This document shows positions 10,601-24,157 of a DNA stretch of 48,548 nt, in pieces. Both the position numbers and the translations under genes were made by a program. Source of the DNA: Spirogloea muscicola (lineage: Eukaryota); assembly GCA_009602725.1 (NCBI GenBank), contig WELB01000010.1:880965-929512 (forward strand), written 5' to 3'. Every line of letters begins with the position of its first letter. Position 1 is the stretch's first letter. Below the pieces are notes generated by a model. The model saw only the letters and a list, made by a program, of their open reading frames with translations. It ran no database searches and was not told where the DNA came from.

Positions 10601-11039
10601 AAAATGTTGCAAAAGATGTGAAGTAACCCCATCCAAATGGGGCGAGGGCTGTGAAATCCAGCCCGAATACTGGAAGAGTCGTTTTCCGAGAACAAAGATT
10701 GGAGAAGATGTAGCAGCGGCGAAATGGGACTTTACTGGCAGCTCGTTTCATTACATACTGTAAAAGCCAACATATAATGCAGACACAAACTTGTATCTAG
10801 CAAAGTCATGTGTGCTGTAATGAAGATACTGTATTTATGTCATCTATATGTATATGAAACCCAGATCTTTACTCGTCCTTTGATCTTACATGTACTTTTC
10901 ATTATCTACATACATCATTCATCTAAATACATACCTTTTAATTTCATAAATCCGGCAGCCGCGTTTTCGCCGTGACAAGAAACGTGTACTCGCAGCGCCA
11001 CTAGCCGTCGGGAAGCCACCGACCGAGGGGCCGGGCCCG

Positions 11040-11110
11040 CCCGTGGGCCACGCGGCGTGCCCGCGCGGCCCACGGTGACGGCCGCGTGACGTCACCGCGC
11101 ACCACGTGGG
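11040..11110. promoter_or_regulatory. ACGT-core element cluster upstream of the CAD-like gene
   Basis: TGACGTCA (11086-11093) and the G-box CCACGTGG (11102-11109), with CCACGCG nearby, about 340 bp before ATG 11448. Confidence 0.4.
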
Positions 11111-11447
11111 GGTCTGCGGGGGGACTTGCATCATCAGCGGCCCGCCAGAGCTCCTCAATCAGCGACCACCTCCCACCCTCCACTCCCACGGCTTCTCGAC
11201 CGTTCTACCATTCAGCCGCTCGTTTAATATCAGCAGCCGCATTCACTCTACCCATCAGCTCCCCGTCGCTCGCTCGCTGCTCCCCGTCGGATCGCCACGC
11301 CGCCGCCACCGCCGCCGCCAGCTCCTGCGGCCCCGCCGCCTGTGCCGTTTGATCCCGCCGCGCGCACGAGTCCGTCTCCCCGATCTCTCGTCAGGCCTGC
11401 CTTTGGCGCTCTCAACGCTCCGCTGCACTCTACCACCAGCTGCTGCC

Positions 11448-13453
11448 ATGGACAGCAAGGGAAGCATTAAGGTAAGCGCAGAGTACATGGGCTCCTCCCT
11501 TTGCGTTTTAAAGCGGGCGAGGCTGGGCGCTGCAGGTCCACGATCAGGGCGATCGGAAGGGCCCAGGATCTTTGGCGTGCTTGATATGCGCGTGGCTCTG
11601 CTGAAGCAGGGGTTTGACATTGAGGGCCAACGTCCCTTCTGGCTTGTCTTATCTGACGATTTGTCTAGGAATGTATGATGGAGCATGTCCAAAGCAGCTC
11701 GGAGCTTACGTGACTGGTGTTGTCACCATGATGCAGTCGTACGCTGCCAGAGATGAATCTGGCAAGCTATCCCCCTTCTCTCACCAGCCTCGCGAGGTGA
11801 TGGACACTGATGTGGTCATCAACATCAAGTACTGTGGGATATGCCACAGCGACCTACATCAGGTCTGGGCCTCTGTCATTTGTGCACAGTGGAGTCATTG
11901 CTCAGCTGATTTAGCGCCAGTCTGACATGTAGAGGTGGAGTTTGCAAGTTCCTGTCAATGTGATGGTGCCCCAAGTCTAGGACGTAGTTGACGTGCTGAA
12001 CGCCTTCACGCTTCTGATAGTGAGACTATCTTTACAGGCAAAGAATGAGTGGGGCAAGACCAAATACCCAGTGGTTCCTGGTCATGAGATCATTGGCATA
12101 GTGGAGAAGACGGGGCCGAAGGTCAGCAAGTTCCACGAAGGCGATCGCGTGGGCGTGGGTTGCTTCGTCCGCTCCTGCCATGAGTGCGATGCCTGTGACA
12201 AGGGGCTGGAGAACTACTGCCCTAAGGTGGTGCAGACATATGGCACTCCAGACTGGATGGTGGGGGGTGAACACACTCGTGGAGGATTTTCCTCAATGAT
12301 AATCGTTGAGGAGAGATTCGTTCTCAGGATCCCTGAGAATCTCCCATCAGCAGCGGCTGCACCGCTGTTGTGCGCTGGCATCACAACATACAGGTGCACG
12401 ACCAAAGCCTGTGGAGATTGTTATCTGCTCTCATCTCTTATACTCCCTGTGGAGTGTCTGACAATCATTGCCTCTCATGTCTGACTGCCTTCAGTCCACT
12501 CAAGCACTTTGGGATGACGGAGCCTGGGAAAAAACTTGGTGTTGTTGGCCTCGGAGGCTTGGGGCACATGGCTGTCAAATTTGGCAAGGGCATGGACTTG
12601 CATGTCACAATTCTGAGTACCTCTCCAAGCAAGGAAGACGAGGCTCTGAATACTCTAGGAGCTGATGCTTTCATTCCAAGCAAGGACAAAGAAAAGGTTT
12701 GCAAATTCAACCAATCATATCCCTTGCTGTTCTCTACGTAGCAGCAGAAGTTGTAGGGCGAGCCGGACGAGTCACATATAATCTGCGTGGTTGTCATTAC
12801 ACGTACTAAGAATCAACAGAGTGCACATGCACGTCCAGGACTTGTAATTAGCTGTTTGGAAGATGACCTTTTCTTCATATCAACTTTTGAGCAAGTATCG
12901 ATCTGGATATTGTGACACTTTGACATTTGTGCAGATGAAGCAAGCAGCTGGAAGCCTTGACTACATTATTGACACTGTGTCAGCTCCTCACCCCCTTGAG
13001 CAGTACCTTTCGCTTCTGAACGTGGATGGAAAGGTTTGTTTGCTGACCTGTATTGTCCTGTGCATATGTTCGACCTATGCTAGCGATAGTTGTAAATTAT
13101 CATTGACCATAGCAAGTCTGCTGTGAAGCTCGTCGGGCACCTCTGAAGTCGCCTCATTCCCACCTCCACTTATGCAGATGGTTCTTCTTGGTGTGCCCCC
13201 CAAGCCTTATGAGATGTCGGCAGCCTCGTTGGTCTTTGGGAGGAAGATGGTGGCTGGAAGTTTGGTGGGTGGTCTCAAAGAGACACAAGAGATGCTGGAT
13301 TTCTGTGCTGAGAAGAATATCACGTGCATGATTGAGATGATAACCTTGGACGACATCAATACCGCATTTGAACGCATGGTCAATAACGATGTCAAGTACC
13401 GCTTCGTTATCGACATGGAGAAGAGCTTCTCGTTGAACACGCCAGAGGAGTAG
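11448..13453 (+). CDS. Cinnamyl-alcohol-dehydrogenase-like Zn-dependent alcohol dehydrogenase (MDR family), about 6 exons
   Basis: [22 protein letters not shown]...[11 protein letters not shown]|...YPVVPGHE...[13 protein letters not shown]...ENYC...[15 protein letters not shown]...[15 protein letters not shown]|...DYIIDTV|...ETQEMLDFC...DVKYRFVID. Confidence 0.95.
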
Positions 13454-14494
13454 GGCAATTGATGTACAACCCATAGGCCTGAGTAAACAGGTTCTTACAT
13501 TTTGCATGACATATATTGGTGGTCTTTTATCAATTATGCAAGCAGTAGCAAGCTTGTGTGTACTTGGTCTATGCAGCGGGAACACTCCTCTTTCTCATTG
13601 TACTCTACCAGGCGATCCTTCCACAATTACACTGACTGTAGCCTGCATATAAGGGATAGCCAGCTGTTGTGAGGTGCTAGTAGAAGCGTATGCATCATGT
13701 ATCGTGGTGCAGAATCCAATATCATCACAAGTGCATCAACAAGTATATCATGCAATGCGTTGAAATGTAGAAGTCCTCATTGTGCATTTGCCTACTCAGT
13801 ACTTATATACCCATGTGCCAGGTTTCTACTGAGTTAGTGGGATGGACATTTTGTAAAGTTTCGTGAAAACTCGAGCAATCTCTCATTAAATGGTCTTATA
13901 CCACTTGCGTCAGGCTTCCAAACAGTCTTCTTTTGCACGTGGCGTTTTTTTAAGTGCCAAGATCTTAACGTTCACGATTTTGGAAAAGTTGTGGCGATGC
14001 TACCACTGGCTGTATTCTTGGTCTCTAGACAGGTAGCGTAGAGGCAGTCAATCTGCCGCAACCACCCCAGGGGTGACATGTCATGACTCTGTTTGGTAAT
14101 GAGGCTGGTCTAATAAGTATAATCAAGATGCTCTGGAGATCCCAGCAGTCCAGTACGTCACACAACGACCTGGTCGCTTACAGTACACAGCTATGCACGA
14201 GACAACAGCGAAAAGACGATGTTCTCTCGGTTACTCAGCATGAAAAAAGGCCTGATGAGGCCTCTGTACAGACTTCAGGCATATACTAGTACAGAAGAGC
14301 CACGGGAGGACGTCATGTCACCGCGCCAAACGGCTCCATGGACGATTATCACCGCATGACAAACACATCACCTGGAGGGTGGCATGCAGCTGTTGTGTAA
14401 TTATGGTCCACCTTCAGAGCGAGGGACTGGTTTGCCACAGTGGAAAGCTTACATATATCTACAAGATGGAGATTGCGTGTTACACTGGCAAGCA

Positions 14495-14655
14495 TAATGT
14501 TCGGCTCTTTGGACCTTGTCCATTCTTCTTGGGCAGGCCTTTCACAACCACCACCTTCAATTGGAAAAGCTTTTCTTCTTTTTGCCCATTGCGGCCCTTC
14601 AGACCTTGTTCACTCCTGGGCTGGCCTCTAACAGAGCGCACCGCGCGCCCTCTCA
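14495..14655 (+). mobile_element. Two stacked 3'-UTR modules of the CRE-like family
   Basis: CTTTGGACCTTGTCCATTCTTCTTGGGCAGGCCTTTCACAACC...TTGGAAAAGC, then CCTTGTTCACTCCTGGGCTGGCCTCTAACAG, joined to GCGCACCGCGCGCCCTCTC. Confidence 0.7.
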
Positions 14656-14971
14656 GTGGCTTGCGTAACGAGTGGTGAGTGGCCCATCGCCACGAAAGGA
14701 ACAGTCGGTCGAACAGGCCGGCCGTGATGCCGGCTGGCTCAACGTGTACAAACGAGCGTCGCTCCGATCTGCAGCGACCACTACGTCATTGCACCGCATC
14801 TGCGTGCCAACACCTTCTGACCCCTGCCACCTTTAAGGACGCCGGGGGGGGGAAAACTCCTGGCGACGAACATCAAAACTTCGGCCCGTTCCGTCGGGCC
14901 GCGGAGTGTGATGTCACCCGCAGCTGCGTGGCAGATGCCTGGCAGATGCGTGGACCAGTTCTTCTGATGCG

Positions 14972-16555
14972 GTGAGCCACTTCCATCCCAAACCCCCGGC
15001 GTTCACAGCCGCGCTCTTGGAACTTCAGCAGCCGCGACCTCAGACCGTGCACATTCCTTCTGGGCTGGCCACTTACAGCCAGATTGCCTCAACACCCAAA
15101 AGCGATTCCCTCCTTGCTCTGGCGTTGGCCTGCCGGAGCTTCCCGGCAGGTCGGCTCAGCGCCCCCCACCCCCCCCGGAAAGCCGCGGCGCTGTGCCGCG
15201 CCTCTCTCAGCAGGAGGCCTCAAATAGCACTTCGCCTCAGTGCACAGGCAGCGCTTCAGTGCAAGCCCGTCCGCTGTGCGGACTTCGAGCCGCCGCTGAT
15301 CCCCCCAGCCGGGCTGCAAGGCTGCAGCGCCGTGCTCGCCGCCCTGCTCTCCTCTAAGCCTGCGCACCAGGAGATCCTGCTCGCCAGGCACCCGTCGGCC
15401 GGCGACCCCGTGTGCTGCTCCCCAAGCAGCGCCTCTGCCCCCCTTCGAAGCCTTGAGGGGCCGATGGTTCTCTTCCTCCTCCCCCTCCTGCTGTTCCGGG
15501 GACTCGGCCAGCGGCGACGCCGGCGCTGTGGCCGCCGCAGATCCCAAGCTGGGCCGGGCCTGTCTGCAGCGCCCAGCTGGTGATTCGCTGCCCTTACTTG
15601 CTTGCGGCCAGAAGAAGTCCGAGCCCAATTCACGTTGATAGAAGTTGTCAAGCTGTGAGCTGAGGGCCCCTCCTTTGATGGCTGGCTGCAGGCAGCCGAG
15701 CCCTTTTGGTTACCTGGACGCGCAGTTGGGCGCTTTGTCGCTGGCCCTGCCGCGCAGCCCGGCAGCATCACCTTCCCACCTCAGCATCGAGCTGGAGCAC
15801 GACAGCGTGCTGTGGGCGTCCAAGGTGCCTGGTGGTGGTGGCTGCAAGCGGATGAGCCCTGCCGGTGGCGCCAACAGCAGCGTGCACGTCATCTCGGCCG
15901 CTCTTGACGATCACACGCGCTTTGCACTGTCCGCTTCCGATGTCGTCGGCGGTGGTGTCAGTAGCTACCTCCACATTCGCGTACTGGGCTGGAGGTGCGT
16001 GCTAACAAATTCTCGTCCCTTTGAGCCAAAGGAATGCTGTGCTGCTCTTCACTTGCCACTCCAATTGACTCGTTATGCCCGGTAATGGTGCTGCAGTGGT
16101 CGGCGAGACGATCACAAGGTGGTGCTTGCAGAGGGCGTAGCGGCCATTCCGCAGCTGCAGGCAACACCTGCTGCACCCTGTGCCACACAGCTGTGGTGTA
16201 CGTTGCGGAGCCCGGCAGGCGAGGATATTGGGCGGTTGCAGCTGGCTCTTGCTGCCAGACTTCCAGCAGGCAGCCACACCTTCCAGGTATGATGCCAAGC
16301 AATGAAGCTCGCAGGCATAGTACGTGCGCTTTTGCTGGACTGTCATCCGTTTTAAAGCTGCTTCCAAGCCTGTGCGATGTGACTCTGACTTTAGGTGTGC
16401 TCTTGCAGGCTTCCACGCAGCTGGGAACGCCAGCCAAGGACAGTAACAAAACCTCCAAGTCCAACCAGCCCGCTGAGACATATGTTGTTTACTCGGCTGG
16501 TGAGGAGAAGCACCTTGCGGTGCCCGAGCATACAGATCCCCAGATGCAGCTGTAA
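14972..16555 (+). other. Coding-like region of unknown identity (possible spliced gene or pseudogene)
   Basis: A succession of plus-strand ORFs (14972-15583, 15645-16085, 16034-16555) with protein-like composition. No family recognised. Confidence 0.25.
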
Positions 16556-17243
16556 GCTCGGGTTGGATGCTACTGGCCCTTATTCCAGACGTTCACAGAA
16601 CAGGCTTGGAGAATGGCAAACTCTTTCTCAAGATACTTGTGATACTAGCCACCTGCGCACTGGCCTCAACCTTGTGCCCAGCCTGCGTTGTATCTTCAGC
16701 TAGTTTTTAGCAGTTGACTTAGCACCAAAATCGGGCTGAGTATTAGCAGTTGCTTGCGACGCTCTCAACATCTGTCCCGAAGTGGCTGTTATTCGTGAAT
16801 TGAAAAGAATGTCCCTCATACATAGCAGACTTAAGGCTTCTCTGCGCAGTCCTCATCTGCAGCCTTTTGCTGTTGCATCTGTACAGAAGACTTTGACATG
16901 ACAATATCTATAAGTATTCTTTTCGCAACTTAGTAGAATCTCGGTTGCTGCATTGCGAATCTAGCCTTGCCAGCTAATCAAGGTCCAACTTGTGCTGTAC
17001 ATTGCGACATTCAAATTCCATTCACGATGACCAGAGCGCCATGCATCCCCTAGCTCTTACGCTGTTACAGGCCCGTGCAGCACATGAAAGTCCATCAGTA
17101 GGTAGTCACCAGCACGGACAGAATGTACATTCCACAGAAACAATGAAGACGAGCATTTCCAATATTCACATATCACCCCGTTGTGAACTTGCATGTTGCA
17201 CTGGTGCAAGGCTGCTCAGGTGGCGGCCAAGCCCATAGCAGCG

Positions 17244-18850
17244 TCAGCCACGTCGCCAGCTGAAGGCACTTAGCGCCAGGTGGTAGGTGCCAACAAGAGC
17301 CGCTGTGCCAATGCCATGCTGTAGTGCTCGAAGTGCAGTGGCTCGCCAGGGTAGCATCCGGCTCTCAGCGACACCTCGTAGGGCCCGTGTCCACCACGGG
17401 CCCCCTGCTGCTGGCAATCTCAGCAGCCTCCGCTCCATGGCAATGTGCTGGTTTCACACAACAGAACGGTGTAGGATCCATGGCAAGTACTGCAGAAGAG
17501 TACTAGCTGCAGAAGACTTTGCTACAGAAGGAGGCAGGCACAATTGCCCACAGTGCATCCTTGGCAGGCGTTTATAAGATTAAGCAGTGACGCTGCCAAG
17601 CCTCGCACACGGAGGCCAGAGAAAGCAGCTGGACCTTGGGCACCACTGTGAGGTGGTTCCGAATGACCGCAGCATCCAGGGGCGCTGTCGCGGTGGCAGC
17701 GGTTGCGGCAGCAAGGCCGGCCTCCGCTGTCATCTCCATAGGCGAGGGAGCAACGAGTCTGCACAGGGCAGAGCAGGCACACATGGCAGCTCCTTCCTCA
17801 GCTGCCACAAATGGGTCACGATGCTGCACACTACTGTATTCTGCCAAGCGCATGGGATCAACTACTTGACCCAGACCAGTCACCCCCGATGCTTAAACTC
17901 CTGAGGGTTGAGTCCTGTACTCCCCAAGCGTTACTGCAATCTCATCCAGCTGTTTCTGGTTGTGGAGTGCTTACATGGTGTCAAGGCTGTTGTGTCGCAA
18001 AGCCCTTAGCTCGCGTGCGCACTGCTCCAGGTAGGCCCAGCCACCAAAGAAGACGCCGGCATACAGCGAGTCGTGGAGCGCCGTTGCAGGAAGGCCCCGA
18101 AACAGCCGCCCGAGGCCCTCGACTTCCATGATGGCCTGCACCGCAACGGGCACCGTGTGCGTGCTGGCACGCCAGTTCAGACACGCTGGCACTGGCAGCG
18201 GCCCGGCAAGCTTAGGCTGGACTGACGCTGTCGCCTGCGAGCGCAGGTGGGCAGCCATGTCGAGAAGGGACACCAACGGCTGCGGCGCGACCGGCCGCCC
18301 CATCGCAGGCTGCAGCTGCGCCCTGGCATGGAGCAGCCCCGCGGGAGTGGTCACGGCAGCCTCAGCGGCTCCAGCGAGCAGGCCCGCCGAGAAGGCCGTG
18401 CCGGCCATGCGCGGCGAGCCCTCCCTGCCATCTGCACCGAATTGAGCGCGGCTGCTGATATCAGCAAATGCCCAATACTGCTGCCGGTGGTCATGGCAGG
18501 TGGGGTGCTGACGAAGGTGCTGGTCCTGGGACGGGCCGCCGCGGGATGCACCTTCTTGGAAGGACGCAGCGAGCTCGTAGGCGCCGTAGCGGAGCGCCAG
18601 CACGGGGCCGCGGGCGAGCAGGTGCCGCGCCACGCCGCCGCCGCCGACGTTGCCACTGCCGCCGCCGCTCCTGTGCAGGCCTGGCGGGCCTGGCTATCAG
18701 GCCGGAACGATCCCAAGGTGGGGGCCACCTCCGTCGTCTCAGCAGCCCCTCGCCGACGCTATCCCAGCCAACACGGGCGGCCGCTTACCAGCGACCCCCT
18801 CGGCGGCAGCAGCCATGGAGGCAGAGGAGGCGGCGGCAATGGGGGCCTGC
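17244..18850 (-). CDS. Mitochondrial substrate carrier family protein, 5' end lost near the gap at 18963
   Basis: Carrier repeat motifs across GT-AG introns: EGVAG|LHR...ALRYGAYE, AFSAGLLAGAAEAAVTTP...RAQ, EGLGRLFRGLPAT, AGLAAATAATATAPLD, and VVPK|YLAMERRLL...VGTYHLA. From recall it resembles the Arabidopsis At4g15010-type carrier. Confidence 0.8.
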
Positions 18851-18923
18851 GCTCGGCCATAGAGAAGCCGGCCTCACACATCGTCAGCCCAGCGTCAGCC
18901 CGGGGTAGAGGCGGCGCCAGCTC

Positions 18924-18962
<39 letters not shown>

Positions 18963-18963
18963 N

Positions 18964-19175
18964 CCTGAACAATGTATTGGCTTGAATTGGCCTCCCTTTC
19001 AATTCATGCGCCCCGCGCGCCTTCTCTCTCTTCCCGAAGTGGGTGAGGGCCAGGAGAAGCCAACCGCAGGCCCCGACGGCTGGCCCCGCCGAGGCACGCG
19101 TGGCGAGAGCGAGCAGCTCATCCAGTGTAAGGCAGTGGCTGTGAGAGGCCAGCCCACAAGGGCCCTGAAAGGTAC
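18964..19175. mobile_element. Module B (+) and hairpin module (-) of the dispersed CRE-like family in a divergent promoter
   Basis: CCTGAACAATGTATTGGCTTGAATTGGCC...CCGCGCGCCTTCTCTCTC at 18964-19030. GGCTGTGAGAGGCCAGCCC at about 19137-19155. Confidence 0.75.
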
Positions 19176-19316
19176 GCCGAGATGGGGGACGTATAAGCCC
19201 ACCGATTTGATCACGCCAGGCGCGGGGGGCGAGGGGCGTCGCTTCGTCCCGGGGCTCCATCCGGCGGCGCCGCCACGGCGGGCTGGCATTCGGCCACGGA
19301 AGCTCCGGCGCCCGAA

Positions 19317-19397
19317 ATGCGGCCCCCCGGCCCTCCGCCGTTAAGTAGCCGCCATCTGGGGCCCTCACCTCTCATTGCTGACGAGAGGATCACCCCA

Positions 19398-19432
<35 letters not shown>

Positions 19433-22400
19433 GGTCGCCGAGGATGAGGCTGCCGATGCTGCCGCCGCCGCCATTGCCACCGATGCCGCAGCCACTGCCG
19501 TTGTCGACGCCGTTGCTGTCGATGCCGTGGCCGACGCTGCCTTCGACGCCGCCGCCGAGGCCGCTGCCGCTGCCGCCGCCGCGCTGGCAGCTGCGAGCAA
19601 TGTCGCTGGCACAGACACTGTCGCCGGTGCTGCCAACATCGCTCCCAATGACTTCGTCGAGGACGAGGCCACCACAGTACAGGAGATCGGACCGGAACCC
19701 GTCGGCATGAAAGTCGATGTGGCGGCCAACAACATCGATGGCGGCAAGGGTGGTACCGGCAACGGCAGCGGCCATGTCCAGCAGCGTGCGAGCGGAAACA
19801 GAGGCCCCATTACTGAGACAGAGGTTGATGCTCTTGTGGAGTCGTGTGATGCCTCTGAAGTTGGTCAGGCTGCTGTTGAGGCTGCACTGGTGGCCGCCAG
19901 GGCTGCGACTGCGGCAGCTGAGCTTGCGGATGCAGACGCCGAGGTCGCGGAGCCAAAGGTGAGCAAGGGCGCCGAAGGTGCTACTGCTGCAGAAGGCGAC
20001 GGTATTGTTGAGGTCGCTACTGCCAACTCCGTTGAAGTGGATGGAGGCGTTCAGGGGACAGTGGTTGGTGAGACCGACGGCACGGCCAGAGAAGCAGGCG
20101 ACGGCGTGGTGGCCGGTGGCAACACTTGCAAGCTCTTTGTGGGGCAGCTGCCAAGGGCCATGACTGGCGAGGCAGTGCGGGAGCTCTTCTCTGTGGCTGG
20201 CGATGTCACTGATGTGGCCATCATCCGCGACCGTGTGACGAAGAAGCCCCGAGGTGAGGAAGGCGCGAGTTGACATGATCAAGAAGCGAGCCGGCAATGT
20301 CTCTGCATGCGACTGCTGTGCGTGCTTGCGTTCCAGGACGAGTTTGGCATGCTCATGTCTGAGCCGGACCAGCTGACCTAAGAGTGGAGCTGCCGCTGTA
20401 ATCCTCTTCGCTCTGCCTGCAGGCTGCTGCTTTGTCACGTTCAGTGCACCCGAGCACGCGGCCAGGGCCATTGAGCTGCTCCATGCCAACCGCACGCTTC
20501 CACCGGTGAGGTCATCTTCGCAGGAAATGCTGTTCAATCTTGCAGGTGTCAAGTTTCAAGTTAAGAGAGACTGTGCATGCACATGCTCGCCAGCTGCAGC
20601 TCCGATCCTGACAGCTGATCGAGTGGAATTATCAGCCATCGAGTCTGTCAAAATGCGGGACTCGGCGGCCCTTTGAGTCCCCCGCGTTCATCAAGCAAGA
20701 GTGCTTGAGTTGGACTGACGGGACGCCACATGGCTTCCTTCTCATGTCTGCATGCCCAGCTGACGAAACCCCTTCAAGTCAAGTATGCCAACACTTGCGC
20801 AACGCCTGCGGCGTCTCCAGCAAGGGAGGACGACTTAGTCATAAACCGAGGTCAGCTCAGTCTCGTGATAATTCCCCGCTCCTGCAGGGGTTGGCTGTTT
20901 CGGCGATAGCCAGTAATGACCAGTCTGTCACTAAACTGCTCGTTGATGTGCGCCACAGGGCAGCAGCGCCGCTTGTACCTCAGCAACTTGCCAGATGTGA
21001 CCAGGGAGGATAAGCTGCAGGAGCTTCTGGCACAGTACGGGGCAATCAAGGACCTAGTCATCAAGAAGAGCCAAAAGGCTGGGCACCACAGTGAGCTACG
21101 TTGTAGCCAAGCCCGCCAAAGCCTGTGCGCGTCTCTACTAAAATGTCGAAGCTTTCTTGACTGCCTACATGCAAGATCCAGGACCATGGTGTTTTGGTGC
21201 AACCAATGAGTTAAGGTTTAGTTGCTTACAGCTATACAATAGGCAGCTGAATACCTCTTGCGAGGGGATTTGCATTGCTGCTGCAGCATTTGCTTTAGTA
21301 TCCTACTCAACAGAGGAGGAAGCGAAGGCTGCCATTGATGGCCTCAACGGCAAGCACGTCTTCGAGGCAAGCGTATACCTGTTTTTGTCCAGCAGAATTG
21401 CTTTGGGTTGTACTGCTGTGCACTCTAGGCACCCGACAGACTCGCTCTGCTTTGCACACAAATTGCTTACATTGCTTGTGGTGTCACTATCTTCTTGGGC
21501 TTCCGCCAAACGGGACCAGGGAGCCGTGACGCCCATGCACGTGAGGCACGCCACAGAGGAAAGGGCCAGACGGGTGGACGAGGGGAGGGGCCTTGGCACC
21601 AGCCCAGTAGCCAAGCAGCGGCAAGGCCATGATAGGTTTGGCGGCCGGCGGCCACATTCCCGGCCGCCGAGCATCCATCAGCCCTCCCAGGTACAAGCAG
21701 TCTTGAGAAGCTACTTGCATAGCCCTGGTGAGATGAAGCAACAGCCATCTGGGGTTTACAGATATTGAGTTAGGTACGTAGATTTAGGTCTGGGCACTTG
21801 AAGCTGAGACTTCGTGGCTGGGCAACAGAGCAGTCCACTCCCTCACATCGCACGTGCTTTCTGTCACCGCCACCTTCTTCTATCAGAATTGCATGCTACC
21901 AAGTCCATCATACCCCACTATTGTGCAGGCGCTGATGCTGAAGAGCGGCCCACTTCCGGCAGCGTGGGTTGTGGAGCACCTTCCAGATGGCACACCAGTC
22001 TTCTTCCCAGTGCACGCCCCTGCGATCCACCCTCCAGCCTTTCCCCATTCCCCTCTGGCTCCTCTCGCCCCTGCTCCCTTTGTCTACGGAACTCCCAAGG
22101 GTGCCTACGCTGGGCCACCACCAGTTCTGGCTCCTAATGCATTTGTGCCACAGCCACCTTACTCAGATGGCTATGCAGCACAAAGACCCCCAGCTGCGCC
22201 TCATGTGGAAGGTGAGCTTCAAGAAGAGAGCAGTGACTTTTAGCTCCTGCAAGTGGCTGGATTTGAGGTGGTTGTGTTCTTCCAGCTGCATTGCTATGGT
22301 TGATTGAGGTGCACAATGCTTGCGTATCTAGCGAACATACCTAGAGAAGCTCAGGATATGACATAGCTCTTGTGAATGTTTTCAACCTGACAGATGCTTG

Positions 22401-23060
22401 ATTCATGCTTTTCCATTCTCGCAGTCACTTTGGCCATCAGGACAATCATTCATGCTTCCCTTGTGCTATGATTCACTCTCTGTAACCTCCCCCCATGCAG
22501 GCCCCGAAGGTGCCAACCTCTATGTAGCCCACATTCCTGCGGAGTTTGGAAACGAGGAGCTTAAGACGGCCTTTGGCGCGTTCGGCAAGGTCCTCAGCAC
22601 AGAGGTGCTTGTTGACAGAGGCACAGGCGAGAGCAGGTGTTGTGGTAAGCTACAGTCCTTGTAAAGCTCCTCACACAATTTTCTGTTGACCCCCTCGGGC
22701 CTCAAAGTTGATGGTCATCCACATATTGCAAATAGAGGAGCTGGGACAGTCAAGCTTGTGGCTGTAACAGAAGGGGTCTTTTGTGGTCCAAATGGCTTAA
22801 AGATGTGATTTTCCTGGAGGGTTGCGCGTTTTTGTTCTGTCCTTTGTCAAAGCTAGACAATGCCTCTGCAAACCACTCTTGAGCAGGGTGCTTAGAGATG
22901 CTGTCAGATCCCATGTGCAGGCTTCGTAAGCTTCGACGCGGCTGGTCCTGCCAAGGCTGCTATCAGCGTCATGGATGGCTTTGAGCTCAATGGCAAAAAG
23001 CTGAAGGTGGCTTTGAAGCAGGAACACGAGCCAAAAATGGTCGTTGAGATGGCGCACTGA
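19317..23060 (+). CDS. CELF/Bruno-like (BRN-type) RNA-binding protein with three RRMs; start codon uncertain
   Basis: RRM1: KLFVGQLP...IIRDRVTKKPRG|CCFVTF...RTLPP|..PLQVKYA. RRM2: RLYLSNLP...AKAAIDGLNGKHVFE|GAVTPMHVRHA. RRM3: GPEGANLYVAHIPAEFG...TGESRCCG|FVSFD...MDGFELNGKKLKVALK. Stop at 23058-23060. Confidence 0.88.
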
Positions 23061-23452
23061 CACTTGTGAGTGCTACTGGTAGTTAGCCTGCCTGGCCGCA
23101 GCTTACACAGCTGCAGCTCTGCTGATCATTAATACCTGGGGAGGTGCTTCTGCTCGAGCGCTGTGCAGACTAGAAGGTGAACTTGTACGACATGCAGTCT
23201 GCAATGGCAAATTATAAAAGCAACTTGTGCAACTATATATAACGCTAGATTCTTGCGCGCCTGTGATAGAGATGGATGATGTGTCAAATTCCTGACATCG
23301 ACTGCCACGAGCCACTTCTTGAAGCCAGATCGGGGCAATTTCTTCAACCACACGATCGTGAGTCTTGAACAAGATGAACTCTACAAGTACGAATAAATTC
23401 AAAAATATTGACAGCTTGTGACATCTAGTCACTAGATGTCATGAAGTTAGTG

Positions 23453-24157
23453 TTACAAGGTCTTCTGGATCTTGGGGAGATGGCGTCGCAAAATGTCGGG
23501 CCAGAGCCTGGCCACCCATGCGGCGCTGCCAGCGATGGCAAGCCACGACATGGCCATCCAGCAAGCAGATAGCCAGTGGGGGATGACAGCGTCCGCCTTG
23601 CCCGACATGTAGAAGCTCTGCAGAAACCACACGCCGATGGGGCAGGCGACTAGCCTGACGAGCGTGTATATGACCACGAAGGGGAGGGTGAGGGCTTCGT
23701 AGAGAGCGCGCGCGCCAGTCGAACCGCGCGCGCTCGCCATCTTGGCGATCGTCCACACGTTCTGCAGCGGGTTGGTGACCTCGCCCAGGAACACGAGCGC
23801 CACCACCGACATGGCTCCATGGCCTGCGCCACACACGCCCAGAGAAGGAAGAGCGCGATGCTCCATCAATGGCGGCCCCGCGAGATGGTAGCGGCGGCGC
23901 TCTGGCCACAATCTACTCGCTGGTTCAAGGTTCTTGAGGTGTGGGTTGCCTGGACTCTCCGGTGGCGGGGGGGGACGGACCTGTGTAGTAGCGGCAGGAG
24001 ATGATGTAGGCGAGCGTCACAGCATGGTGGGCGATGAAGTGGAGGTCGTCGCGAGCCGCGGCGAGGAGGTGCGCCATGTCGGCGGCGAAGTAGGCGATGC
24101 TGAACTCCATGACCGCGCGCTCGTGGGCGCTGTTGGGCGCCGCCAGCGCCAGCGGCG
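23453..24157 (-). CDS. TLC (TRAM/LAG1/CLN8) domain membrane protein, 5' part lost at N 24158
   Basis: APNSAHERAVMEFSIAYFAADMAH...FIAHHAVTL...CRY|GHGAMSVVALVFLGEVTNPLQNVW...YTLVRLV. Confidence 0.85.
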
